A DNA stretch of 64,000 nucleotides from Alphaproteobacteria bacterium (lineage in GTDB: Bacteria; Pseudomonadota; Alphaproteobacteria; Rs-D84). The notes beneath the pieces are model-generated. The model made no database searches. It was not told where the DNA came from and saw only the letters and a program-made list of their open reading frames with translations. The position numbers were made by a program, and so were the translations under genes. The DNA is taken from NCBI GenBank assembly GCA_024402715.1, contig JAKSTF010000002.1:14230-78229 (forward strand), written 5' to 3'. This document shows positions 32,768 to 42,761 of the stretch, in pieces; position 1 is the first letter of the stretch; every line of letters starts with the position of its first letter.

Positions 32768-34978
32768 ATGAAAAAACATAATGGCACAGAAATTTGTAAA
32801 AATGCGGTTGGAACAATGTTTCTGCTGGCAAGTGCATTTTTTGTTTGTTCTACGTTATTATCGATGCGGTCAGTGTTGGCGGATCCGATTGCACCGGTGA
32901 ATGCAACTAACCAACCAACGGGAAATATGTCACCACGTGTCAACGCTACACGTCGCAATACGGCGACTGTACGTACGACAACCAACAACAGGGTTGTGAA
33001 TTCTGGTGGCAATCGGACGACGTCGTCTGTTGCGGGGCGTGGTGTTGCATCGCGTAACCAAATGCCTGCGACACGTTCAACGAATATCACAAACACCCCC
33101 ACGGGAACAACAACTGCACGTGGTGTTTCAACGCGCAGCAGAACAAATATTGCGGGCCGTAGTAATGCAGCAACAACGGTTTCTGCATCTGGGGGACGTT
33201 CAGTTCGTGCCCGTACAGGGGTAAATTCACGGACAACCCAGTCGCGTATTTCATTGCAGGGTACGGCCATTCGTGGCAGTTCAACGGGTATAACAAATAA
33301 TTATACGTATTTGCAGGGGAAATTGTATGCCGGTAATTATTCAAATATTATTGATTCGCAAACCGGTTTGATTTCAGCAGATGCATATTCCACGTGTTTA
33401 GAGGCATATTATACATGTATGGATGAAATCTGTACGGCGCGCAATGCCGCACAACGTCGTTGTGCGTGTGCGGGACGTGTTAAAGCATTTGCAGAAGCTG
33501 AAACGGCACTTGAAACGGCAAATGAAGAATTGATAAAGGTGTCGGGTGAATTGGCATTATTGGTTGCCAATAAAGGAAAGGATGTCAGCAGTGCATTCCA
33601 ATTAACCGATGCTGAAAAAGTTATGAATTGTGTTTCATGGCAAGAAATGGCTGATAGGTATAAAGGAGGTTATACCCAAATATATAAAAAAGATGGTTCT
33701 TATTCGAAGAGCGGATCCGGTGAAGGTTATGTGGATGCTGGTACTTATTGGTGTGAAGCACATGGTTTATACGATAGTGGAAAGTGTTCTGGGGAAAAAG
33801 AACCAAACTATTGTAAGAAAGCTGGAAATACATTTGGGTTTGATATAGCGAATATCGACGGTAATTCCAGTGATATTATGGCGTCGCTGAAATCATGGGC
33901 AGAGGCTAAGGAGTCAACACTAACGATATTAACAGAGAATACAGAAAACTTATCTAAAGTATTTAGTGGTTTATCCAATGTTGTTTCCAATATGTCGGGT
34001 ATAAGTGGTTCGTTAAATAATTCTGACTCTTTACAGGATAGTTTGGCTAAAACATGGGGGTATGATTTGTTTGCGTATGCACATAATAATGTATGCAGTC
34101 GTGTCTTGGATTCGTGTTTTAATGGTATATACGAAGGTTGTGGTACACCACCCAGTGGTGGTAAATGTGCCAATGGTAATACGTCAAATTGTCCATATAA
34201 TTATAACAGTAAAATTAACGTATCATCCGCGGGCGATATAACATTGGTTGAACGTGGTACAAACAGTAATTCGGTTAATGTCAGTGCAACGTGTTTTGGT
34301 TATACATCTGCATCCGGTGATCCGTATGCATCATTGCGGGGGCCGGTTGCGGATGCCCGTCGCAGTGTTATGAATAAATATTTGTTAGATGCAAATGCCG
34401 ATTGTGATGCGTATGGCGAACAATTACGAACAACCGCACAAAATATAGGTTATCAAAAGGTTGCCGCACAACAGGCATTACAACAAAAGCGGTTGGAATT
34501 TGTTCAGGAAGCAGAACAGACAATCGCAACAGAATTTGCCGCGGCCCGCAGTAACTTTAATGAATGTTTGTCTGAATTATATGATTGTTATACGGATACC
34601 GCTGAAACAAATAAAAATTGGTCGGCATCACGTATAAAAACGTATTGTCAACAGGTTGCAAATGTTCCACATTGTTATGAAACAATGGTGTGTGAGGCGC
34701 CAAATAATAAATTGGCGGCGGTTATTACACGTGATGTAGATAATAAGGAGGATACGATGTGCGACAATTCTGAAACATATGAAAAGAACACCTGTCGCAA
34801 TGTTATAACATTAAATGAAATTTTGAGTCCTTCATATGCTGACAAAGGAAATGGTGCCGCAAAAAAGCGTGAAGAATGTTTACAACAGATTGGGATAAAC
34901 GGTGTACGTAAGTGGGATAAAGGTGATACTTCTGAGAAAGCCTCTTGGCCTGATAATGACGAAGATTTGACTGAATAA
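32768..34978 (+). CDS. large secreted Cys-rich protein, paralog B (function unknown)
   Basis: About 736 aa from the ATG at 32768 (GGGAGAG SD). Signal peptide ..SMRSVLA, R/S/T/N-rich tract (res about 40-175), and C-x6-C-x4-C-x9-C-x-C at res 210-234, the same spacing and position as paralog A. Confidence 0.8.
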   Translation: MKKHNGTEICKNAVGTMFLLASAFFVCSTLLSMRSVLADPIAPVNATNQPTGNMSPRVNATRRNTATVRTTTNNRVVNSGGNRTTSSVAGRGVASRNQMPATRSTNITNTPTGTTTARGVSTRSRTNIAGRSNAATTVSASGGRSVRARTGVNSRTTQSRISLQGTAIRGSSTGITNNYTYLQGKLYAGNYSNIIDSQTGLISADAYSTCLEAYYTCMDEICTARNAAQRRCACAGRVKAFAEAETALETANEELIKVSGELALLVANKGKDVSSAFQLTDAEKVMNCVSWQEMADRYKGGYTQIYKKDGSYSKSGSGEGYVDAGTYWCEAHGLYDSGKCSGEKEPNYCKKAGNTFGFDIANIDGNSSDIMASLKSWAEAKESTLTILTENTENLSKVFSGLSNVVSNMSGISGSLNNSDSLQDSLAKTWGYDLFAYAHNNVCSRVLDSCFNGIYEGCGTPPSGGKCANGNTSNCPYNYNSKINVSSAGDITLVERGTNSNSVNVSATCFGYTSASGDPYASLRGPVADARRSVMNKYLLDANADCDAYGEQLRTTAQNIGYQKVAAQQALQQKRLEFVQEAEQTIATEFAAARSNFNECLSELYDCYTDTAETNKNWSASRIKTYCQQVANVPHCYETMVCEAPNNKLAAVITRDVDNKEDTMCDNSETYEKNTCRNVITLNEILSPSYADKGNGAAKKREECLQQIGINGVRKWDKGDTSEKASWPDNDEDLTE

Positions 34979-34985
34979 GGTAAAA

Positions 34986-35007
34986 ACGCCACAATTGTGG
35001 CGTTTTT
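34986..35007 (+). terminator. rho-independent terminator after paralog B
   Basis: acgccacaa/ttgtggcgt palindrome followed by T5. Confidence 0.7.
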
Positions 35008-35073
35008 ATTCTTGCAAACAATACACCGGGGCTTGCAAAGGTGATTAATTTAATTTTTTTAATTATAATAATG

Positions 35074-35096
35074 AAAAAATGCCCCATGTGGGGCAT
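35074..35096 (-). terminator. rho-independent terminator after rpmA
   Basis: atgcccca/tggggcat hairpin with an A6 run on the plus strand (U-run on minus). Confidence 0.7.
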
Positions 35097-35100
35097 TTTT

Positions 35101-35364
35101 TTATTTTACTTCATCTGGTTCAATAAACACAGTTTTTCGATCACCGTTACCGCGTTTGAACTTAACAATACCCGCAATCTTTGCGAATAATGTATGATCT
35201 TTACCCATGCCAACATTCAAACCAGGGTGGACCGAAGTACCACGTTGACGAATTATAATGTTACCTGGGATAACATGGCTGCCACCGGATTTTTTTATAC
35301 CCAGTCTGCGTCCTTCCGAGTCGCGTCCATTTGTGGTCGCTGAACCTGCTTTCTTATGTGCCAT
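35101..35364 (-). CDS. rpmA: 50S ribosomal protein L27
   Basis: [25 protein letters not shown]...[10 protein letters not shown] signature. Confidence 0.97.
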   Translation of the reverse strand: MAHKKAGSATTNGRDSEGRRLGIKKSGGSHVIPGNIIIRQRGTSVHPGLNVGMGKDHTLFAKIAGIVKFKRGNGDRKTVFIEPDEVK

Positions 35365-35396
35365 AATTTAACTCCTTTGGATATTCAGGGTTTTGT

Positions 35397-35696
35397 TTAG
35401 CCCTTGATTTCCGTGATTTTCAGAACGGTCACAAATTGACGATGACCTTTTGTGCGACGATAATTTTGACGACGTTTCTTTTTGAAAACCAAAATTTTAT
35501 CGTTGCGTTTTTGTTCAATAACCTGGGCAATAACCTTGGCACCATTAATTAAAGGTGTACCAATTTTGTCGCCAATCATCAAGACTTGGTCGAATTCGAC
35601 TGTCCCTTCGGCATTCAGTTTTTCAACCTTTACAATATCGCCCGCCTGGACACGGTATTGTTTTCCGCCTGTTTGAAAGATTGCAAAATCGCTCAT
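35397..35696 (-). CDS. rplU: 50S ribosomal protein L21
   Basis: [24 protein letters not shown]... and ..[15 protein letters not shown]. Confidence 0.95.
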   Translation of the reverse strand: MSDFAIFQTGGKQYRVQAGDIVKVEKLNAEGTVEFDQVLMIGDKIGTPLINGAKVIAQVIEQKRNDKILVFKKKRRQNYRRTKGHRQFVTVLKITEIKG

Positions 35697-35808
35697 TTTC
35701 TTTCTCTTATATTTTTGTTCTTGTTAATGTTTTTGTTAAAAACTGATGCAAATATAATATTTTTTATTAAAAAAGTCAAGGATTTGCATAAAAATTTAGA
35801 CAAATTGG

Positions 35809-37131
35809 TTAATTTTTATCCGGTTGCGACAATATGTCATCTGATTTTATGTATTCAGGACAATCTTTTTTTAAAGTTTTTTTTGCCTGCTTTGCGTATG
35901 TTTTTGCCTGTTTGATATCGCCCAATAAATTGTAATATTCTGCCCGTGCCCAATCAGATCGACCATCGGTATATGCCCGGGCCAATACCAAATATGTTAA
36001 TGGCGATGGTGCAATTAATAACGATTGTTTTGCCAGTATAATTGCATTATTTATATCGTCTTTCTTTTTGCGTTCTGTTAATACTAATGCCAGTGCGGTT
36101 TGTATTTGGGGGGCATTGTTTGATAATTTAAGGCTGTGTGTATAGGAATCAATACTGGCATCATATTGGCCTGATTGGTATTCGATATCCCCCAATAATT
36201 CGTAAAAATAGGGGTTTTGTGGTATTCGTGATATTAAAGTTTTTGCACCAATGCGAGCGGCATTTAACCGCCCCGTACGCATTGCAGATATTGCACGTGC
36301 GTAAATTGCGGCATCGGATTTATCTTCGTATGGATACAATATTTTAATGCGGTCTGTATTATCTAAGTATCCAATTAATTTTGCACGGATCAATTCGTAT
36401 TTTGTTTTATTTGCATTATTTTCTTTGGTAGTTTGTTTCATGGTATTTATACGGTCACGAATATTTTTTAATCGTTCACGTGTTAATGGGTGATTTATGC
36501 GGTTGGGGTTTATGTGATCTTCGGCTGCGGATGTGACCTCTGCCATTTGTTCAAAAACCTGAATAAATCCATTGGGGTTTAATCCGGCCCGAATCATTAA
36601 ATCTAAACCCAGATTATCAGCCATGCGTTCTTCATCACGTGAAAAAGCCAGCAGCGATTGTGTGGCCACCCCACCGGCCCCAGCTAATACCCCAGCACCC
36701 AACGATGAATTCTGCCCAAATGCCATTAAACCGATTCCTAATGCTTGGATAATCATTGCACGTTTCATTTCTGCATCCAATCGTGCAGACATTTGGACCA
36801 TATGCCCCCCCAATGTGTGTCCCAATTCATGTGCAATTACGGCCTGCAATGCGTTTGGTGATTTTATTTTTGTTAATAGCCCTGTGTACACATATATATC
36901 ATCACCACCGGCAACAAATGCGTTAAAATCATTATCGTTTATAATATGAATTTTTAATCTGTTATCTGGAATATGTGCAGCTGTTGCCAATGGGGTTATT
37001 AATTCGTTTAATACACGTTCTATTTCAGTATCATTAATTGATGTTGCGGCATGTGCAATCATTGGAAATGATAAAGAAAATGCGAAAAAAATAGCAAAAA
37101 TTTTATGCACTGATTTTTGCCCCCTGATCAA
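35809..37131 (-). CDS. M48-family zinc metalloprotease with C-terminal TPR repeats (BepA/YfgC-like)
   Basis: Signal peptide, the HELGHTLGGH HExxH motif, and TPR-like helices in the C-terminal half. Confidence 0.8.
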   Translation of the reverse strand: MIRGQKSVHKIFAIFFAFSLSFPMIAHAATSINDTEIERVLNELITPLATAAHIPDNRLKIHIINDNDFNAFVAGGDDIYVYTGLLTKIKSPNALQAVIAHELGHTLGGHMVQMSARLDAEMKRAMIIQALGIGLMAFGQNSSLGAGVLAGAGGVATQSLLAFSRDEERMADNLGLDLMIRAGLNPNGFIQVFEQMAEVTSAAEDHINPNRINHPLTRERLKNIRDRINTMKQTTKENNANKTKYELIRAKLIGYLDNTDRIKILYPYEDKSDAAIYARAISAMRTGRLNAARIGAKTLISRIPQNPYFYELLGDIEYQSGQYDASIDSYTHSLKLSNNAPQIQTALALVLTERKKKDDINNAIILAKQSLLIAPSPLTYLVLARAYTDGRSDWARAEYYNLLGDIKQAKTYAKQAKKTLKKDCPEYIKSDDILSQPDKN

Positions 37132-39166
37132 ATATAAACATTAAATCATGTGTCCAATCATCCGACACAGGTGTAGTCATTGCTGCATGTGAAGCTAAAC
37201 GAAATAAATCGCGGTGTTCACGATAATCAACAAAATGATAATTTATCCACCCACTTTGGCGTGTGCCGATTAATTCCCCGGTTCCGCGCATCATTAAATC
37301 TTGTTCCGCAATTACAAAACCGTCGTCTGTTTCGCATAATGTTTCCAACCGTTTAATTCCCGTTTCAGAAATATTATTACCATACAATAATATGCAGTAT
37401 GATTGTTTGTTCCCACGACCGACACGTCCGCGCAGTTGATGTAATGCCGCCAAACCAAAACGTTCGGCGTTTTCAATTACGATAATTGTGGCATTGGGGA
37501 CATCTATTCCAACCTCGATTACGGTTGTGGCAACCAGTATGGAAATATTGGATTTTGTGGATGCAAAATCAGTCATTATTTTATCACGTTCGTGCTTATC
37601 CATCTGGCCGTGGACCAGTCCGGCATTTGGGAAAAATTGTTTTAAATATTCATGTCTATCTGTGGCTGTTGCTAAATTACCTGTGCCAACATTTTCATCA
37701 TCACAAACCAATGGACATATCCAAAACACCTGGGCGCCATCGGTAATTTGTATTTTTAATCGATTGACTAAATCTGTTATACGCCCAATTGGTAATTTGG
37801 TCGTTTTTATTGGTATGCGGCCCGCAGGTTTTTCATTTATAATTGAAACGTCCATGTCACCATACATTGTCATAGATAATGTTCGTGGAATTGGGGTGGC
37901 TGATAATGCCAAAATATCTGTGGCGTTTCCTTTATTTCGTAATGATTCACGTTGAGATACACCAAAACGATGTTGTTCATCAATAATAACCAAACCTAAA
38001 TCTTTATATGTAACATCTTCTGAGAACAATGCGTGTGTTCCGACAATAATACGTGTTCGACCGGATCGAATTGATGTTAATTTTTCACGTCGTTTTACCC
38101 CCTTGTCTCGTCCCGTCAATATATCGCACACAATGCCAATTTTTTCGCACAACGCGTTTAATTTTGTAAAGTGTTGAATGGCTAATGTATCTGTTGGGGC
38201 TAATATTGCGGTTTGCCCCCCATATTCCGCCATTTTAATGGCCGCAGCCAGTGCAACAATTGTTTTGCCACTGCCTACGTCACCTTGGACCAATCGCATC
38301 ATAGGAATATCTTTTTCCATGTCATTGAAGATTTCATCAATTGTATTTTTTTGAGCATTAGTTAAATCAAATGGAATTGTATTGAAAAAGTGTGTTAATA
38401 AATTGTATTTTTTTTGACGCAAAATTCGTTTGTTTTGTGGGGCTTTACGATTATTACGACTGATTGCTATGGCAGATTGTTGGGCCAATAACTCCCAATA
38501 CGCTAATTTTACAATAAATGGTGATTGTGGGCTTAAATCGTCCGTGGATGATGGATAATGTACATGGCGTAATGCATCGAAGAATTCGCATTCATTTGTA
38601 TCATTGGAAAGTGTTATCTTGTCGTCTAATAATGCAAAAATTTTATCACGTATGGCGGAAAATGTTTTTTGGGTTAATCCTTCGCCTGCAGGATAAATTG
38701 CTTGAACTGATGGGATTTTTGATGCGTTTTGCAGTTCTTCAATAAAATCTGGATGATTGATTGTTGGTTTAGATGTTTTTTCTAGTTTGCCACTGATCAT
38801 ACGCCATGTGCCAATTGGTAATTTTTCCAACCAATAATCTAAAAACTTACCATTAAAAAATTGTATTGTAACGTTTGTACCTGTTTTATCAGTACAAATT
38901 ATTTGTGTTGGACTGCGTCTGCCTCGGAAAAAACGTCCTGATTTGTGCGATTTCACTTGTAATGGAATTTTTATTGTATCCCCTGGAATTGCATCGGCAA
39001 TGCATTCTGTTATTTCTCGGGGGCGGACGTATGATGGTATGTGTAATAAAAAGTCTAGTATTCGCCGGCCCCCCAATACGTCACAAAAACGTGCTGCCAA
39101 TATTGGGCCAACACCGCGAACAAATTGTAAATCCGTATTTAAAAAATCGAACAATTCTTTTTTCAT
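37103..39166 (-). CDS. recG: ATP-dependent DNA helicase RecG
   Basis: 687 aa with a wedge domain, Walker A GDVGSGKT, DEQHRFG, and the TATPIPRTL-type (SATPIPRTL) and QLRGRVGRG motifs. Confidence 0.95.
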   Translation of the reverse strand: MKKELFDFLNTDLQFVRGVGPILAARFCDVLGGRRILDFLLHIPSYVRPREITECIADAIPGDTIKIPLQVKSHKSGRFFRGRRSPTQIICTDKTGTNVTIQFFNGKFLDYWLEKLPIGTWRMISGKLEKTSKPTINHPDFIEELQNASKIPSVQAIYPAGEGLTQKTFSAIRDKIFALLDDKITLSNDTNECEFFDALRHVHYPSSTDDLSPQSPFIVKLAYWELLAQQSAIAISRNNRKAPQNKRILRQKKYNLLTHFFNTIPFDLTNAQKNTIDEIFNDMEKDIPMMRLVQGDVGSGKTIVALAAAIKMAEYGGQTAILAPTDTLAIQHFTKLNALCEKIGIVCDILTGRDKGVKRREKLTSIRSGRTRIIVGTHALFSEDVTYKDLGLVIIDEQHRFGVSQRESLRNKGNATDILALSATPIPRTLSMTMYGDMDVSIINEKPAGRIPIKTTKLPIGRITDLVNRLKIQITDGAQVFWICPLVCDDENVGTGNLATATDRHEYLKQFFPNAGLVHGQMDKHERDKIMTDFASTKSNISILVATTVIEVGIDVPNATIIVIENAERFGLAALHQLRGRVGRGNKQSYCILLYGNNISETGIKRLETLCETDDGFVIAEQDLMMRGTGELIGTRQSGWINYHFVDYREHRDLFRLASHAAMTTPVSDDWTHDLMFIFDQGAKISA

Positions 39167-39206
39167 ATATATGAAATTTACCTAAATTTGGATAAATAGG
39201 CAATAA

Positions 39207-39230
39207 ATAAAACGCCCATTTGGGCGTTTT
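39207..39230 (-). terminator. rho-independent terminator after fabZ
   Basis: aaacgccca-tt-tgggcgttt with flanking A/T-rich runs. Confidence 0.6.
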
Positions 39231-39232
39231 AT

Positions 39233-39682
39233 TTATTTTGTAATGTTTGTATTTTCTAAATCCATAATTGCTGAAAACGTGGCTTCGGCAACCTTTTTAT
39301 CACCGACCATTGCAACACCATGGAATTTATACATACGCATTTTGCTCATTAACAATTCTACATGTAATTCCAACACATCGCCTGGGGTTACCATATTGGA
39401 AAAACGAATTTTATCCATTGTGGTAAAATATCCCAATGCTTTTCCATCTTTCACCCCTAAATGATGCAAAACAATAAAACATGCTGTTTGTGCCAATGCC
39501 TCAATCTGCAAAACGCCAGGCATAACGGGTTTTTGTGGAAAATGGCCAGAACACCAAAATTCGTCATCCCGAACATAGTGTATTCCAATACCATGTTTTT
39601 CATCGAATTCACGTATTTCATCGATTAAGCGCATTGCACCGCGATGTGGAATTGCCTGTTCTATTTCTTTTGCCCCAATCAT
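39233..39682 (-). CDS. fabZ: 3-hydroxyacyl-ACP dehydratase FabZ
   Basis: IPHRGAMRLID...HFPQKPVMPGVLQIEALAQ hot-dog fold motif. Confidence 0.93.
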   Translation of the reverse strand: MIGAKEIEQAIPHRGAMRLIDEIREFDEKHGIGIHYVRDDEFWCSGHFPQKPVMPGVLQIEALAQTACFIVLHHLGVKDGKALGYFTTMDKIRFSNMVTPGDVLELHVELLMSKMRMYKFHGVAMVGDKKVAEATFSAIMDLENTNITK

Positions 39683-39700
39683 AAAAATCCCCCTTGGTTT

Positions 39701-40744
39701 TTAATTGTGTGCGTTTTTCTTAATCCATGCGCATTGACGCAAGAATTCAGTACCAGGGGCGGCAGGGTAACCCATATGACGCTGACCATCAGGGACAGTT
39801 CTGAATACACCACTTTGGGCGCCCACTTCGGCATCGTTTCCGATATGAACGCCATTTGCAACCCCAACGTGACCGCCCAACAAAGCACGATCACCAATAA
39901 CCACGCCACCCGCCAGTCCAACGCCGGACGCCAGAAAACATTCACGTCCGACAACCACGCCATGTGCGATTTGGCACAGGTTATCAATCTTTGTTCCGTC
40001 ACCAATCATTGTATCTGTCATTGCACCGCGATCGATACATGTGTTGGAACCCACAGATACGCGGTCGCCCAAAACAACCCGACCAACATGTGGAATAAAT
40101 ACGTTATGCCCGTCTTGACGGGTATAGCCAAAACCATTTTTTCCGATAACGGCATTTGCGTTAATTATGCATTCGGCACCAATTGTCGCATTTTCAATAT
40201 GCGCACCTGTTTGAACAATGGTTCCACGACCAATTGTTACATTACGTCCAATAAAGGCCCCTGGGTATATTTTTACATCGGGTTCAATTACTGCCCCTCG
40301 TTCAATTGTTGCATATTGGCCAACATACACAGTGCGTTTGGCACGAAAATATACGCCACGTTCGACGGTTGCGTCCCTAGAAATTCCAAAACGTGGTTTT
40401 TCGCGGTAAATTTCGCCCAATATTTTTACGATGTTTCCACGTGGTGTGTCCGTTATCAATAATGTTGCCCCTGCTGGAGCATCATCAATATGTTCTGGTT
40501 GAACCAGAATTACACTGGCCTTTGTATTTTTTAATACATCGATTGGTAAAATTTTAAATGCAGCACTGTTACGTTCGGTTGAATAAAATGCCAATTGGCC
40601 AGATTTTGCATCTGCAATTGGGGCAATGCCACGGATAACAGTATTTGGATTGCCACGCAATTCCAAACCGAATTTTTTTGCCAACGCCCCGGCCGATGTT
40701 TTTGTTGCAGCGGGGGCAAATAACGATTTAATTTTGTTTAACAT
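39701..40744 (-). CDS. lpxD: UDP-3-O-acylglucosamine N-acyltransferase LpxD
   Basis: 347 aa with an N-terminal LpxD domain and long left-handed beta-helix hexapeptide repeats. These also generate the 272-aa antisense shadow ORF. Confidence 0.9.
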   Translation of the reverse strand: MLNKIKSLFAPAATKTSAGALAKKFGLELRGNPNTVIRGIAPIADAKSGQLAFYSTERNSAAFKILPIDVLKNTKASVILVQPEHIDDAPAGATLLITDTPRGNIVKILGEIYREKPRFGISRDATVERGVYFRAKRTVYVGQYATIERGAVIEPDVKIYPGAFIGRNVTIGRGTIVQTGAHIENATIGAECIINANAVIGKNGFGYTRQDGHNVFIPHVGRVVLGDRVSVGSNTCIDRGAMTDTMIGDGTKIDNLCQIAHGVVVGRECFLASGVGLAGGVVIGDRALLGGHVGVANGVHIGNDAEVGAQSGVFRTVPDGQRHMGYPAAPGTEFLRQCAWIKKNAHN

Positions 40745-40817
40745 AATGTGATTATACGAAATATTTTTTAAATTAAAAGCAGAAAGTTACATTGACAAAT
40801 GTATTTATACGATAAAA

Positions 40818-40846
40818 ATACCGCCAGAAATGGCGGTATTTGTTGT
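40818..40846 (-). terminator. rho-independent terminator after skp
   Basis: ataccgcca-gaa-atggcggtat with a plus-strand A-rich run upstream. Confidence 0.6.
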
Positions 40847-40851
40847 TTTGT

Positions 40852-41526
40852 TTAGAACCCTAACGGCGTATTCATTTTAATGTTAGAAACTTTTTTATCC
40901 AAAGATTTTACAACATCGTTTGTGATATCTAAATTTTGAGCATTAGAACCTAAACGGGCAAAACGACCATCAATCACAATGGATAAATTCTTTTTTGCAA
41001 TTATACCTTCGATAATTGGATCCAGGTGTTTTGTTTGAATTTCAGCCAATGCTTTTTGGTATGATGTTTCGATGCTTTGGGCACGTTCCGCCAAATCACG
41101 TTGTAATTTATTTACGCGATTTTGATAATCTACAACACGACGTTGCAGTGCTTCACGCGATAAAACATCTTGTGATTTTTCAATTTCAGTTTTTTCTTTT
41201 TCTAAATCTTTTTGTGTTTTTGTTAATTCTTTACGCAGTTTTTCTTCGAACGTTTCTTTTTGTTTACGTAAATCTTTTAATACAGCGGCATCTGTTTGAA
41301 TTGCATCCATGCGAACAACCGCAATGCGGACATCCGCTGCATTAGTTGCATCAGATGAAACGTTTTCGATTACATCGGATACAGATGAATCTTTGTGGCT
41401 GGATACCGCATTTGTCGCCAATACCCCCAGTGCCGCAACCAATACAACCGCGGTTGCAATAATACCGATGCGTGCATAGTTTTGTGCAACAGGTGCAATT
41501 TTTTTATTTGATGTTTTATTTGCCAT
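40852..41526 (-). CDS. skp: OmpH/Skp-family periplasmic chaperone
   Basis: N-terminal anchor/signal, long Lys/Glu/Gln coiled-coil arms, and position upstream of lpxD-fabZ. Confidence 0.75.
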   Translation of the reverse strand: MANKTSNKKIAPVAQNYARIGIIATAVVLVAALGVLATNAVSSHKDSSVSDVIENVSSDATNAADVRIAVVRMDAIQTDAAVLKDLRKQKETFEEKLRKELTKTQKDLEKEKTEIEKSQDVLSREALQRRVVDYQNRVNKLQRDLAERAQSIETSYQKALAEIQTKHLDPIIEGIIAKKNLSIVIDGRFARLGSNAQNLDITNDVVKSLDKKVSNIKMNTPLGF

Positions 41527-41605
41527 AATTTTATCCTTTGTTATATTCGGCCATAGTATATCAATAATTTGATTGAAATGAAAGGGAAAGTTATCCGGAT
41601 TATCC

Positions 41606-42286
41606 TTAACGGGCCGGTGTTATTTTTATTTCAACGCGGCGATTCATACGTCGTCCAATATCATCTTGACCCGCGATTGGACGGGCTGCCCCCCGGCCAA
41701 TAATAAACATACGAAATGGATTGATTTTATGCTGTGATAAATGTACCGCAACACGTTGTGCCATGTCTGTGGATAATGCGTTAGCGGCATTTTTATTTGT
41801 CATGGCATCTGTATAACCGGAAATTTCAATAAATGTCGCGTCGTATTTTGTTAATATTTTGGCAATACGTTTTAATGCATTGTCACCAGATACAGAAATC
41901 TCTGGGGCCGATATATCCATAATTGCATCACGAACTAAAACAACGGTAACATCTGTTCCCGCACGTTGGACCGACATTCCTGGTTTCAATAAAGAATTAT
42001 ACAGTTCATCTTCCAGTGCGGCCATATATATAACACTTAGTGTATTATCATTCTGATTTTTATCGCCGTAATTTAATTTGACTGGAATTTTTTCATTTGT
42101 TACTAAGTGTCCCCCAGAACCCAAATATACTGGGCGTTTTGCGATTTTTTCGTTTTCATTCATATCATTATAACTGGCCCCATGCAAATATGCACCCCAT
42201 GTTGAACGTGCTGGGCTGGTATATCGTGCACATGCCATTAAAGAAAACGTTAATAGTGTTAAAAGTGCTTTGTTGTATATGGACAT
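41606..42286 (-). CDS. OmpA/MotB-domain lipoprotein
   Basis: Lipobox LMAC from the ATG at complement 42286. C-terminal OmpA-like domain (ISGYTDAMT...NRRVEIKI). Confidence 0.75.
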   Translation of the reverse strand: MSIYNKALLTLLTFSLMACARYTSPARSTWGAYLHGASYNDMNENEKIAKRPVYLGSGGHLVTNEKIPVKLNYGDKNQNDNTLSVIYMAALEDELYNSLLKPGMSVQRAGTDVTVVLVRDAIMDISAPEISVSGDNALKRIAKILTKYDATFIEISGYTDAMTNKNAANALSTDMAQRVAVHLSQHKINPFRMFIIGRGAARPIAGQDDIGRRMNRRVEIKITPAR

Positions 42287-42291
42287 TAATT

Positions 42292-42753
42292 TTATTCCAC
42301 GATAAATGAAATTTGGTTCATTGCATTGGTCGTGCAATGTGAAATTCCATCAGACATTTCATACCCGTTAACCAAAATAATTTTGGCCCAATCTGGTTTT
42401 ACGTATGCAAAATATTCACAATCACCATTGTTTAAATTCATTAAATTGATGGAAAAAGATAATCCGTCATATGATGATGTAATATTCCATCCCTTATCGC
42501 CAATTGGGGGAATGTCAGATTTTAATGCCCCGGCTTTGATTAAGTATTCAACAGATACCCCATCATAATTTCCGCGCATTCCAAATAATAATTTGGTGTC
42601 GTTGGCAATTTGTTCCAACTGTATGTCGGCCATTTTTCGTATATGGCTGTGGCGTATTGCATGGTACATGTGAACACTGGATGCTGTAATAATTCCTGCA
42701 ATTGCCATTGTCCCGATTAATTCGATCAAGGAACGGCCAGATTCGTTTTTCAT
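42292..42753 (-). CDS. type IV pilin / pseudopilin-like protein
   Basis: Leader MKNESG, then RSLIELIGTMAIAGII (Gly at -1, Glu at +5, hydrophobic helix), the class III signal. 153 aa with two Cys near the C-terminus. Confidence 0.75.
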   Translation of the reverse strand: MKNESGRSLIELIGTMAIAGIITASSVHMYHAIRHSHIRKMADIQLEQIANDTKLLFGMRGNYDGVSVEYLIKAGALKSDIPPIGDKGWNITSSYDGLSFSINLMNLNNGDCEYFAYVKPDWAKIILVNGYEMSDGISHCTTNAMNQISFIVE

Positions 42754-42761
42754 TTTTTATC

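Noticed and set aside
32635-33270. A 211-aa minus-strand ORF opposite the 5' part of paralog B, and the analogous 117-aa plus-strand ORF at 18457..18810 opposite paralog A.
   Set aside because: They are shadow ORFs created by the stop-poor, Arg/Thr/Ser-codon-rich low-complexity tract. Their translations are Arg/Val/Ala/Pro-rich (roughly half the residues) with little sequence complexity. They have no SD and no independent support.
39644-40462. A 272-aa plus-strand ORF antisense to lpxD.
   Set aside because: It is a typical antisense artefact of hexapeptide-repeat genes. The lpxD frame has clear family motifs and the antisense translation does not.
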